In this document: positions 1 through 9,384 of the stretch, piece by piece | Layout of the letters: every line of letters starts with the position of its first letter | Position numbering within the stretch: the first letter of the stretch is position 1 | DNA from: Candidatus Latescibacterota bacterium | Lineage (GTDB): Bacteria > Latescibacterota > UBA2968 | Length of the DNA: 64,000 nt | Direction: 5' to 3' | NCBI GenBank assembly: GCA_965116885.1 | Contig: OZ220741.1 | Coordinates: 1,216,001 to 1,280,000 of the forward strand | Notes under the pieces: model-generated | The model's database searches: none | What the model was told of the DNA's origin: nothing | What the model saw: only the letters and a program-made list of their open reading frames with translations | Made by a program: the position numbers and the translations under genes

Positions 1-2135
1 AGTGGCTTGTGTCTGCACAATACGGCGAACACAAGAATCAATATACCCTTGCGTTGGTAGATGACAACTTTTTGGACGTATTCGATTTCCCCCTCATAAA
101 AGGCGACCCAGAAACCGCGTTTCGCCTGCCCTACTCTGTGGTCATTACCGATGACATGGCGCAACACTTATTTGGCGAGACTGACCCGATGGGCCAAACA
201 GTTTCAGTTGACAATCGCTATATGCCGGGCGAGTACACAGTTACCGGCATTGTAAAGGCACCACAACTCTCATCAGAGCTTTATTTTCAGTTGCTCACAA
301 CCACAATACCCTCCGCGGGAAGAACACCAGAGCTGTGGAAAATGTGGCTACCCGGGCAATCCTGGCGTCCGGTAAACACATACGTACTATTAAAAGCGGG
401 ACAAAACGCAGAAACTCTAAAAACAAAAATGCTGTCGCTGATCGTGCAATATCTGGGGGATGACGTTGCGGCAAAAAACACCTACCATCTACAGCCCCTG
501 CACCGCGTGTATCTGTATGGCGAATCCGATTTTAATCCAACTGCCGACAGCCCCATGCAACAAATTTACATGCTAACGGCTATCGGGCTGATCGTGGTGG
601 TCATTGCCTGCGTGAATTTTACAAACCTGGCAACTGCTCGCGCTGTCACCCGCAAACGCGAAGTCGGCGTGCGAAAAGTCGTTGGCGCGCATCGCCCACA
701 ACTAATGGTTCAATTCTTGACTGAATCCCTGCTTTTAACCTCCGCTGCCCTGCTGATTGCCCTTGCACTGGTCGAGATATTCCTGCCCTTATTCAACCAA
801 TTTGTGCGTGGCGATTTACACCTCAACATGGCTACAGTGATAGCAGGTACGCCAGCGGCACTGGCATTCACATTGTTGGTCGGATTGCTGGCGGGATGGT
901 ATCCAGCGTTTTTCCTCTCATCCTTTCGCCCGGTAACAGCATTAAAAAGCAGTGCGTCTTCCTCCCCGGGTTCCACAGGACTGAAGAAAGGACTCGTGGT
1001 TTTTCAGTTTGGCATGTCCATCTTACTGGTGATCTGTACCCTGGTGGTTTATCAGCAACTGAAATTTATAGAAACCAAAGACATGGGTTTTGCACGCGAC
1101 CACATTGTGAGTTTACCCATCTTTGCTCACGGTCGCGATCACGAAGTCTTCCCCCATAAACGCCTTTCGGCACGCCATCAGATGGTCAAACAAGTCTTTC
1201 TCGAACACCCCAATATCCTCAGCGCATCGGCACTGCGTTTCGACATCACGGGATACAGCGGGCGACTGCGACTGGTCTGGCCCGATGGGGACCGCACAAA
1301 AGAACGGACATTTCGCATAAGCGAAGTTGACGACTCGTTCTTTGAAACATTTGAAATCCCCGTACTTCTCGGTCGCACCTTTTCAGCCGATGTTGCCAGC
1401 GATGCATTTCAAGCGATTATTTTGAACGAAACAGCCGTGCGCCTGCTCGGCTGGGAGGACGACCCGATTGGCAAGCAGATTGTGTTACCAGCATATGGAA
1501 ACCGCTCCCCGACAGTAATTGGGGTCGTAAAAGACTACCACAGCTTGACACTACGAGAAGAAATCGCACCCATGGGTTTTATAGGCGATTGGAGGCTGTT
1601 TGTTTCACTGGTCCTGCGCATCCGACCAGAAAACACCGCGCAAACCCTGTCCTTTCTCGAAACCCAGTGGAAACGCTTTGTCCCAGACGCACCCTTTGAA
1701 TATCACTTCCTGGATGAAATGATAGATTGGATCTATTTTAACGAGCAACTCACTGGCAAAATGCTCGGGGTATTTTCACTGCTGGCAATTTTTGTCGCGT
1801 GTTTGGGACTGTTCGGACTGGCCGCGTTCATGGTTCAATCGCGCACCAAAGAAATTGGTGTGCGAAAAGTACTGGGCGCCTCCACACCGCATCTGGTCAT
1901 GCTGCTCTCCCGCGAGTTTATATTTCTCATTCTACCTGCCAATCTCATCGCCTGGCCAATCGCTTACTACCTGATGCGCGACTGGCTCTCCGGATTTGCC
2001 TATCAGACAGATCTGAATGTCTTGCCATTTATCGTGAGCGCGATAATGGCCCTGATCATAGCCTTTGGAACCGTGAGCATGCAGGCCATTCGCGCAGCGC
2101 GATCCAATCCCATTGATGCGTTGCGATATGAGTGA
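1..2135 (+). CDS. MacB/FtsX-family ABC transporter permease (5' end outside window)
   Basis: ACVNFTNLATARAVTRKREVGVRKVVGA, RTKEIGVRKVLGAS and C-terminal NPIDALRYE; lacks the family N-terminus. Confidence 0.92.
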   Translation, partial: WLVSAQYGEHKNQYTLALVDDNFLDVFDFPLIKGDPETAFRLPYSVVITDDMAQHLFGETDPMGQTVSVDNRYMPGEYTVTGIVKAPQLSSELYFQLLTTTIPSAGRTPELWKMWLPGQSWRPVNTYVLLKAGQNAETLKTKMLSLIVQYLGDDVAAKNTYHLQPLHRVYLYGESDFNPTADSPMQQIYMLTAIGLIVVVIACVNFTNLATARAVTRKREVGVRKVVGAHRPQLMVQFLTESLLLTSAALLIALALVEIFLPLFNQFVRGDLHLNMATVIAGTPAALAFTLLVGLLAGWYPAFFLSSFRPVTALKSSASSSPGSTGLKKGLVVFQFGMSILLVICTLVVYQQLKFIETKDMGFARDHIVSLPIFAHGRDHEVFPHKRLSARHQMVKQVFLEHPNILSASALRFDITGYSGRLRLVWPDGDRTKERTFRISEVDDSFFETFEIPVLLGRTFSADVASDAFQAIILNETAVRLLGWEDDPIGKQIVLPAYGNRSPTVIGVVKDYHSLTLREEIAPMGFIGDWRLFVSLVLRIRPENTAQTLSFLETQWKRFVPDAPFEYHFLDEMIDWIYFNEQLTGKMLGVFSLLAIFVACLGLFGLAAFMVQSRTKEIGVRKVLGASTPHLVMLLSREFIFLILPANLIAWPIAYYLMRDWLSGFAYQTDLNVLPFIVSAIMALIIAFGTVSMQAIRAARSNPIDALRYE

Positions 2136-2144
2136 GCTATTTCT

Positions 2145-4004
2145 ATGAATGTCTCCAATACGCACCACCCTTCCGCCCAGCCCAAGCCCATTCCAGTATT
2201 CAGGCCAGATCGCCTCGGAACCTTCAAACAATTCCTGAATCTGATCTGGTTATTGCGCCTCGTCCTGAAGGTGGCACCAGCGCCAGCCCTCTTATGGGCG
2301 TTCACATCCCTCATTCGCAGCCTCGTACTGCCCATCAACCTGTGGATTACCAAATATCTGGTCGATGCTGTAGTCGATGTGGTTCGGGCTGATGGATCTC
2401 TGAACCCGGTATTTACCTATCTAACTTTCCTTCTCGCGGGACTTTTTATTCAGCGATTGGTGGGGTGGATAGACCCATGGTTGAGTGGCAAATTCCAACA
2501 GACCGCGGGCAGGGAACTGACCCGCCTCGTCATCGTCAAAGCCCCTCGCCTCTCATTAGAACAATTCGAGCACACGGGCTATTACGACGAACTCACGCGC
2601 GCCATGTCTCAAACCGAACAAAAAGGACCTGATATTTTAGACCAGGTCATGAGCGTCGTTCGCAACCTCTCCAGCCTGATCGGATATGGTGCAGTCCTCT
2701 GGGTCATCCACCCATTTATCCTGATGGGCGTAGTGGGATTAACAGGCGTGTCTATCTGGATAGCCATGAAAGGCGGTCAAGATGTCTGGTCTGTCTTGAG
2801 CCGCCAAACATTTAAGCGGCGTTTGGCAGATTATTACGGCGCCATACTGGTTGACCGCAACACAGCCAAAGAGGCGCGCCTCTATGATTTGAAACAGTAT
2901 TTGATCGACAGATGGACAAAGCTCTATTGGGAATCCAGAAATGAATTGCGCCGTGAGGCCATCCGGGTAGATCTCAAACAATTTGGTACGTATGGCATCG
3001 CCATTCTGGCAAGTATCGGTGCCTTATACTATATTGCCGTCAGTCCGTCTGTAGATGCATCTCCCGGTCTCTATACGATCTTTTTTCAAGCGGTTTCGGG
3101 CATACTCGACCCCATGTATCTGATCGTTTTGGCACTTCGCCAACTGGGAGAATCATCGGGTTATGCATCAGACCTTCGCCATTTTCTCGACCTGCCCGAA
3201 TACAGTGCCCCATCTGCTGCTCCAACAAAAAATACCAGACCATTTCCAAAACCCTTGCGCCAGGGCATCATCGCAAAAAATGTAACCTATACCTACCCCG
3301 GAAGCGAAACCCCTGCGCTCCACAATCTGAACCTCGAAATCAACGCTGGCGAAAAAGTCGCCATTGTCGGTGAAAATGGATCGGGCAAAACCACCTTTGT
3401 GCGGCTGTTATTGGGCCTCTATCGCCCCGACTCAGGCGCAATTTTAGCCGATGGTATTGATTATCGGGACATAGAACCCCACCTGCTCTATCATTCATAC
3501 TCAGCCGTAATGCAATCTTATGTCCGCTACCACTTCTCCTTCGCCGAAAATATCGCTCTATCTGAGGTTCAAACCAAAGAACAGAAGCGCGCTGTGCATC
3601 GCGCCGCTGTTCAAGTGGGTGCGGATATAACCGATTCACTGTCTCAGGGATACGACACACTCATCGGTCCCGAAATGGGGGGTGTCGATCTATCGGGAGG
3701 GCAGTGGCAACGCGTGGCACTCGCAAGAGTCTTTTTCCGAAATTCTGAAGTACTCGTCCTCGACGAACCCACTGCCGCCCTGGACCCAATGGCTGAACTC
3801 GCAATTTTTGAACACTTTCGGGAACTCGCTGCCGGGCGCACCGCATTGATGATCGCCCACCGACTCGGCATGGCGCGTTTGGCAGACCGCATCCTCGTCT
3901 TTCGCGGGGGAACCGTTGTGGAAGAAGGCACACACGATCAGCTATTGCGCGAAGGCGGAGAATACGCAGAGATGTTTGAATCTCAAGCGAGGTGGTACCG
4001 ATGA
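2145..4004 (+). CDS. ABC exporter, fused transmembrane + ATP-binding domains
   Basis: N-terminal hydrophobic helices; GENGSGKT, LSGGQWQ, VLVLDEPT; start uncertain. Confidence 0.9.
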   Translation: MNVSNTHHPSAQPKPIPVFRPDRLGTFKQFLNLIWLLRLVLKVAPAPALLWAFTSLIRSLVLPINLWITKYLVDAVVDVVRADGSLNPVFTYLTFLLAGLFIQRLVGWIDPWLSGKFQQTAGRELTRLVIVKAPRLSLEQFEHTGYYDELTRAMSQTEQKGPDILDQVMSVVRNLSSLIGYGAVLWVIHPFILMGVVGLTGVSIWIAMKGGQDVWSVLSRQTFKRRLADYYGAILVDRNTAKEARLYDLKQYLIDRWTKLYWESRNELRREAIRVDLKQFGTYGIAILASIGALYYIAVSPSVDASPGLYTIFFQAVSGILDPMYLIVLALRQLGESSGYASDLRHFLDLPEYSAPSAAPTKNTRPFPKPLRQGIIAKNVTYTYPGSETPALHNLNLEINAGEKVAIVGENGSGKTTFVRLLLGLYRPDSGAILADGIDYRDIEPHLLYHSYSAVMQSYVRYHFSFAENIALSEVQTKEQKRAVHRAAVQVGADITDSLSQGYDTLIGPEMGGVDLSGGQWQRVALARVFFRNSEVLVLDEPTAALDPMAELAIFEHFRELAAGRTALMIAHRLGMARLADRILVFRGGTVVEEGTHDQLLREGGEYAEMFESQARWYR

Positions 4005-5821
4005 GTCTGGAAAAATCATCCCAACGCACAAGCCTGTGGCGTCCTATTATCGCTATGGTATTCGAACTCTGGCGCGCCCATCCCATTGCTTTTATCGCTT
4101 TAATCGCCACCACAGTAATACCGGGATTTTCTTACAGCGTCTATGTCTTGGCCATGCGGGGACTGATCAATGCCCTCGTCGAATCCCCCACGTCCGATGC
4201 CTGGGATATCCCGACCTATATGCTCCTCTACATCGCAGCCATTTTGGTTGAAATGACCATGAATATGATGCGCCCGATCATCATGGTCTATCTCCGCGAC
4301 CACGCGACACATCACATACAATCGCGCATTTACGAACAAGCCGCCAACGCGCCACTCATCCGATTTGAAGACAGCGCGTTTTACGATTGCCTCCGACGAG
4401 CGAACAACAATTTGGGCGACCGCCTCACAGAATTGCTCAATGGCATCCTCCTTCCCCTCTGGCAGTTTTCCATTGCCGTTTCAATTGCTGGCACTTTGTT
4501 TGTCGTGCATCCGTGGATCATTCCAATCATGGCACTTGGCATCATCCCCTCTCTTCTCCTGCAATCAAAACGCGCCCGGATGGTGTACGATGTGCAAAGA
4601 AAACACACATTGACCGACAGGCTGCGACATTATTACCAGGAATTGCTCACAGATAGACAGGCTGCGGCTGAAGTGCGCCTCTTCGATTTGTCGAGATTTT
4701 TGCACAACCGTTGGACGCATGCATGGCGAACGCGCGAAAAGGACGTCTTGAATGTCTATAAACGAGACGCGGGCTATCATGCATTTGGAGGGTTTTGGGA
4801 ATGGCTGAGCTATGCCGGTGCGCTATCTCTAATCATCTATTCCGTTGTTATGGGACAAGCCACAATGGGCGATTTGGCCGTGGTGATCAGTTATGCAACG
4901 CGTTTCCAAAATTTTTTACAGGGCACTGTCCAGAGCGTGGGCAATATACTCGAACACTCGGAATTTCTGGGCGATGCATTCGAGTTCTTCGCGCTTGCGA
5001 AAGAGCACGAAAAAGAGCCAACCGAGAAGATCAGATCGTCCCACATTGAACAGGTATCCAACAGAAGACAGGGACTCGCCATCACAGCCCGGGATATTGC
5101 TTTCACCTATCCATCGCGAACTGATCCCGTAGTTAAAAATGTGAACTTACAAATTCAAGCCGGAGAGAAAATCGCAATCGTGGGAGAAAATGGAGCCGGC
5201 AAAACAACACTGGTGAAATTACTCATCGGATTATACACGCCCGACGCAGGCGAAATTTACATGGTAGATGGAGATATGGATAAACGTCTCCCTGAAGAAG
5301 TGCAAAGTCGCGTCGCAGCGGTTTTTCAGGACTATGCAAAATTCGACCTGAAACTCAGAGAAAATATCGGATTCGGACAGTTGGACGCCATGTCTGACGA
5401 CACCAGACTCTACGCTGCTGCACATCGAGCGGACATCCTCGACATTCACGCAGACCTGAGCGATGGATGGGATGGATATCTCGGAAGAAAATTTGGAGAC
5501 CGCGACCTCTCCGGCGGACAGTGGCAAAAAGTAGCACTGGGAAGAGCCTATCTCAAAGATGCGGATCTGGTCGTACTCGATGAACCGACATCGGCATTAG
5601 ACCCCAAAGCAGAACTCGCCCTGTTTGAGCGATTTGTAGATCTGACAGAGAACCGCACAGCGCTCATGATATCTCACCGTCTGGGGGCTGCCCGATTGGC
5701 CGACCGCGTCATAGTGATGAAGGATGGTCAAATCATCGAATCCGGCTCTCATCGAGAACTTCTGAAACTCAACGGCGAATATGCCAGACTATTCTCTGCC
5801 CAGGCACAATGGTATCAGTAA
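4001..5821 (+). CDS. ABC exporter, fused transmembrane + ATP-binding domains (probable partner of the upstream gene)
   Basis: GENGAGKT, LSGGQWQ, LVVLDEPT; ATGA overlap with the upstream stop at 4001-4004. Confidence 0.9.
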   Translation: MSLEKSSQRTSLWRPIIAMVFELWRAHPIAFIALIATTVIPGFSYSVYVLAMRGLINALVESPTSDAWDIPTYMLLYIAAILVEMTMNMMRPIIMVYLRDHATHHIQSRIYEQAANAPLIRFEDSAFYDCLRRANNNLGDRLTELLNGILLPLWQFSIAVSIAGTLFVVHPWIIPIMALGIIPSLLLQSKRARMVYDVQRKHTLTDRLRHYYQELLTDRQAAAEVRLFDLSRFLHNRWTHAWRTREKDVLNVYKRDAGYHAFGGFWEWLSYAGALSLIIYSVVMGQATMGDLAVVISYATRFQNFLQGTVQSVGNILEHSEFLGDAFEFFALAKEHEKEPTEKIRSSHIEQVSNRRQGLAITARDIAFTYPSRTDPVVKNVNLQIQAGEKIAIVGENGAGKTTLVKLLIGLYTPDAGEIYMVDGDMDKRLPEEVQSRVAAVFQDYAKFDLKLRENIGFGQLDAMSDDTRLYAAAHRADILDIHADLSDGWDGYLGRKFGDRDLSGGQWQKVALGRAYLKDADLVVLDEPTSALDPKAELALFERFVDLTENRTALMISHRLGAARLADRVIVMKDGQIIESGSHRELLKLNGEYARLFSAQAQWYQ

Positions 5822-5840
5822 CTTTTTAAGAGTGCTATTC

Positions 5841-6236
5841 ATGATCAAAAATTATCTAACCGTTGCGATTCGCAACATCGCCAGAAACAAAACGTTCTCT
5901 GCGATCAACATCCTCGGACTCGCCTCCTTCACCGCACAACAGCGCATCAAAGAAATCGGCATCCGAAAAGTATTGGGCGCATCCGTTTCCAATCTCGTAC
6001 TCATGTTGTCAAAAGAGTTTGCCCTGCTTGTCGGCATTGCCAACCTCATTGCCTGGCCAATCGCCTATTACGCGATGAACAGGTGGCTACAGGACTTCGC
6101 CTATCGCATTGATCTAGGTATATGGGCGTTTGTTCTGAGCGGTTTTCTGGCGTTGTTCATCGCCTTGACCACGGTAAGTTATCAGGCGTGGAAAGTCGCT
6201 CGCACCAATCCCGTGGATGCCCTGCGATATGAGTGA
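5841..6236 (+). pseudogene. Internally deleted MacB/FtsX permease (N-terminus fused in frame to C-terminus)
   Basis: MIKNYLTVAIRNIARNKTFSAINILGLA joined directly to SFTAQQRIKEIGIRKVLGAS...NPVDALRYE; 131 aa versus about 800 aa for paralogues. Confidence 0.85.
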
Positions 6237-6275
6237 GCTATCATGTCGCCCACCTTCTTCCAAAACAATACATTC

Positions 6276-6304
6276 TTGACATTTGATAGCATATATACTA
6301 CCAT
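6276..6304 (+). promoter_or_regulatory. sigma70-type promoter of the PIN toxin-antitoxin operon with overlapping imperfect palindrome
   Basis: TTGACA-N17-TACCAT; TGATAGC-ATATAT-ACTACCA imperfect inverted repeat. Confidence 0.6.
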
Positions 6305-6310
6305 TTTAGC

Positions 6311-6742
6311 ATGAGAATTGTAATGGATACCAATGTACTCTATCAAGCACTGCGAAATACTGCAGGCGCGTCAAATTATATTTTACAACTCATTCGTGCT
6401 TATCGCCTTGATCTGGCCCTATCAATCCCTGTCTTTTTAGAATATTCAGATGTCCTGCTGCGCCCAAACACACTTCAGGACCTCAAACGAACGCGCGAGG
6501 AGATAGAATCGGTTCTTCGATTTATTGCGTATATTGGTAAGCCTATCCACTTTCTCATGCGACCAAATCTTCGCGATGAGAACGATAATATGTTTATCGA
6601 TCTGGCATTCGCAGGCAATGCGCGATATATCATCACTCAAAATGTCAATGATTTTACAAAAGGGACGGAATTGAAATTTGACCAGTTCGACATCATTACG
6701 CCCGCTCAATTTGTTCGATATTGGAGACAACGTTATGAATAA
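6311..6742 (+). CDS. PIN-domain toxin (VapC-like)
   Basis: MRIVMDTNV start, LEY, LRDENDNMFIDLA, IITQNVNDF motifs. Confidence 0.88.
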   Translation: MRIVMDTNVLYQALRNTAGASNYILQLIRAYRLDLALSIPVFLEYSDVLLRPNTLQDLKRTREEIESVLRFIAYIGKPIHFLMRPNLRDENDNMFIDLAFAGNARYIITQNVNDFTKGTELKFDQFDIITPAQFVRYWRQRYE

Positions 6743-7004
6743 AAAGAATCACGTACTGACCATCCGAGTGCCGAAGGACCTGAAAGAGAGAATAGAAAAG
6801 ACCGCAGAAAAACAGGGTGTGTCTATGAATCAGTTTGCGATTTATGCTTTTGCACGTGAAATTGCCGAGCTTGAAACCACAGCCTTTTTTCAAAATCAAT
6901 ATGCGGGCAAAAACAAACGAGAAATTCTGGAGGCATTTGACGCTGTGATGAGCAAACAAACCCCCGCCCAAACACCTCCTGATTGGGACCAATTGGATAT
7001 ATGA
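6735..7004 (+). CDS. Ribbon-helix-helix (HicB-like) antitoxin
   Basis: LTIRVPKDLKERIEKTAEKQGVSMNQF RHH pattern; overlaps the toxin stop; GGAG upstream. Confidence 0.82.
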   Translation: MNKKNHVLTIRVPKDLKERIEKTAEKQGVSMNQFAIYAFAREIAELETTAFFQNQYAGKNKREILEAFDAVMSKQTPAQTPPDWDQLDI

Positions 7005-7032
7005 GTGAGCCAATTTTGAATCCACCCATCAG

Positions 7033-7824
7033 CTATGTCTCGGAAACCGCACCGGGATACCGATTTTGAATCCACCAATCCGTGTGTGGCATTCCACTCT
7101 CTCGCGTCTTTTTCACCAGCAAATCGATATCTATTGGCACGCGGCGTAACTCGATCCGAAGGCTCTTACTCTCCCAGGCAATAACGCCATATTCTGCCCA
7201 GGGAGGATATCCCCTATCGTCCGAATTATCCAATGGATCTCGAACAACCCGGCGTATCCGATCCTGTGCGGGAACAGGCGCACCAACACTTCCGGGATTA
7301 ACGATCGTGCAATCTCCATAATAACGAACCATCTGTGTATGCGTATGTCCCCCAGCCAATACCATCGCGTGATAACCAGACAGCATGCGCCCCATCTCCT
7401 CATCTGGCGTGTGAGAAGCGATTCCATCTTCATTAGATCGTGGAGAACCGTGATAGCAAAGAAGATTAGTAGTCGCATCCAGAGGTATCTCGACCGTTGC
7501 CTGGAACGTTCGCATATAGTCGAGATCGTCAGGTAAAAGCTTCCGAACATCCCAGAATCGAACTTCATTTCCTCGCCTGGCGTTCTCGCTCTTTCCCGTA
7601 CCAGGACGTGGATCAAGACACCACACGTCCATATTCCCCATGACAACAGGACCATTCAGAGATTTCAACTGAGCAATAACCTCACATGGTTGGGGACCAT
7701 CAGAGACGGTATCACCCAGGCACACAATGTGATCAATGGATTCTGTTTTGAGATCGTTCAAGACAGCTTCCAGAGCCACTGCATTTCCATGAATATCAGA
7801 GATGATGGCGATTCGCATATTCAT
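7033..7824 (-). CDS. Calcineurin-like metallophosphoesterase
   Basis: SDIHGN, GD, GNMD, HGSP, GHTH, NPGSVG motifs; AAGGAGG ribosome-binding site. Confidence 0.9.
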   Translation of the reverse strand: MNMRIAIISDIHGNAVALEAVLNDLKTESIDHIVCLGDTVSDGPQPCEVIAQLKSLNGPVVMGNMDVWCLDPRPGTGKSENARRGNEVRFWDVRKLLPDDLDYMRTFQATVEIPLDATTNLLCYHGSPRSNEDGIASHTPDEEMGRMLSGYHAMVLAGGHTHTQMVRYYGDCTIVNPGSVGAPVPAQDRIRRVVRDPLDNSDDRGYPPWAEYGVIAWESKSLRIELRRVPIDIDLLVKKTRESGMPHTDWWIQNRYPGAVSET

Positions 7825-7875
7825 ACCTCCTTGTAGTGAAAAAGCTCAAAGGAATTTGTGTGCATCACTGGCCTT

Positions 7876-7941
7876 AAAAACAAAAAAGCGCGGAAAATCT
7901 ACTATAGGAGATGTATCTCTCCTACAGTAGCTCCCCCGCGC
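7876..7941 (-). terminator. Long hairpin followed by a U-tract in the leader of the metallophosphoesterase gene (candidate attenuator)
   Basis: GCGCGG/CCGCGC and CTACTATAGGAGA/TCTCCTACAGTAG arms; T-run follows on the minus strand. Confidence 0.65.
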
Positions 7942-8084
7942 CATTAATTCAGTTGACGCAAATCTGCTATTCATTTACACCAATGGTACACTATAGAGCA
8001 TCAGAAAGCAAGTCTTTTGGATTCGCACATTAAGACATTCTGAACAAGTGAATTTTTGAGTATAATATACTTATAGTCAAAATT

Positions 8085-8215
8085 CGCCATGTCCTCACAC
8101 GCAGAATACACCCGCCGCACGCGAAAAGGCACGTTGTAAAAAGGAGTACCTGATGGCTGACATACTCGACTTCACCAAACCTCATGTATTGAGAAACAAA
8201 GAGGATTTGGAATAA
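8085..8215 (+). pseudogene. Remnant of a higBA-type toxin-antitoxin locus
   Basis: Frameshifted RHVLT/HAEYTRRTRKGTL* (HigB-like C-terminus), then AAGGAG and MADILDFTKPHVLRNKEDLE* (HigA-like N-terminus). Confidence 0.55.
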
Positions 8216-8937
8216 TGAAATATAAGGCGATAATTTTCGACTTGTTTGGGACTCTGGTTGATAACTTTAGCAAAAAAGAGCACGACAAAGTACATGCATT
8301 GATGGCCGAAACCTTGTCGGGGCCATATGAGACGTTCAGACAAGCATTCGGCTCTTCTTATTCTGACCGATGCATTGGGAAATTCAGGTCAATAGAAGAA
8401 ACTATCGCTGTGTGTTGCGCTCAAATTGGTCTATCTCCTGATGATTGCAAAATCAACACAGCCGCGCAATATCGATACGACTTCACAATGAGAACTCTCA
8501 AACCAACAGTTGAAGTCTTGCTTACGCTTCAAAAACTAAAAGATGATGGCTATAAAATTGGACTGATAACAAACTGTGGTCCAGATGTTCCCCTACTCTG
8601 GCACACTTCCCCTTTGTCAGAGCATATCGATTTACCGCTCTTTTCTTGCACAGAAAAAATACAAAAGCCCGCTATTGAAATCTACAAACGGGCGCATGAA
8701 CAGTTGGGACTTCCGTCAAATGTCTGTGTTTATGTAGGCGATGGTAGCAGCCGGGAAATGATAGGTGCGAAAGAAATAGGTTTCTTACCCGTGCTAAAGC
8801 AAGTCGATTTAGAAGATGTATATGATGACGCAAGACCAGACATAATTGGGTGGCGTGGATTATCAATTACTGAAATTGAGGAACTGCCTGAATTACTCGC
8901 GCACATCAATAGTCCAGATCAGAAGCAAAGGAACTAA
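8215..8937 (+). CDS. HAD-superfamily hydrolase
   Basis: IIFDLFGTL, ITN, KP, YVGDG motifs. Confidence 0.9.
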   Translation: MKYKAIIFDLFGTLVDNFSKKEHDKVHALMAETLSGPYETFRQAFGSSYSDRCIGKFRSIEETIAVCCAQIGLSPDDCKINTAAQYRYDFTMRTLKPTVEVLLTLQKLKDDGYKIGLITNCGPDVPLLWHTSPLSEHIDLPLFSCTEKIQKPAIEIYKRAHEQLGLPSNVCVYVGDGSSREMIGAKEIGFLPVLKQVDLEDVYDDARPDIIGWRGLSITEIEELPELLAHINSPDQKQRN

Positions 8938-9263
8938 ACAGCAACGACCCGCTGATGGCCGCCTCTATCTTCCGAATGCGTAATGCGAATTTCGATATTG
9001 CGGTTCAGCCGATTCAGAAACCCAAACAGTCTCTCTACACTAAAACGGCTAAAATCGCCGTTCTTCAGCCGAGACACATCGGACTGATTGATCCCAAGAA
9101 TTTCCCCCGCTTTTGCCTGTGTCAGCTTTCGCCCTTCAAGAATACTATAGATTTCAAATGCCAGATCTGCCTTCAGCAACTCACGTTCAGCCTCTGATTC
9201 TGAGAAACCGATGTCCCGAAATACATTTCCAGAGCTTTGCTCAAATTTGACCTTTTCATTCAT
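8934..9263 (-). CDS. XRE-family helix-turn-helix antitoxin (HigA-like)
   Basis: SSGNVFRDIG and LTQAKAGEILGINQSDVSRLKNG..FSVERL. Confidence 0.88.
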   Translation of the reverse strand: MNEKVKFEQSSGNVFRDIGFSESEAERELLKADLAFEIYSILEGRKLTQAKAGEILGINQSDVSRLKNGDFSRFSVERLFGFLNRLNRNIEIRITHSEDRGGHQRVVAV

Positions 9264-9328
9264 TTTTTCCCTCCATCTTGCTCACGAGAATCCCCGACCC
9301 ATGTCACTTCTCTTATCGTTTCATTCAA
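9260..9328 (-). pseudogene. Collapsed RelE/Gp49-type toxin (22 aa)
   Basis: TTG-start MNETIREVTWVGDSREQDGGKK*; WxGDS is typical of this toxin N-terminus; ATGA overlap with the antitoxin. Confidence 0.65.
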
Positions 9329-9348
9329 AATTGTACCTTCCTTCAATT

Positions 9349-9366
9349 TATGGCAAATTTACCATA
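9349..9366. promoter_or_regulatory. Palindromic operator upstream of the toxin-antitoxin pair
   Basis: TATGGCAAATTTACCATA, near-perfect inverted repeat. Confidence 0.55.
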
Positions 9367-9384
9367 TTTATATGAAAAATTCAA

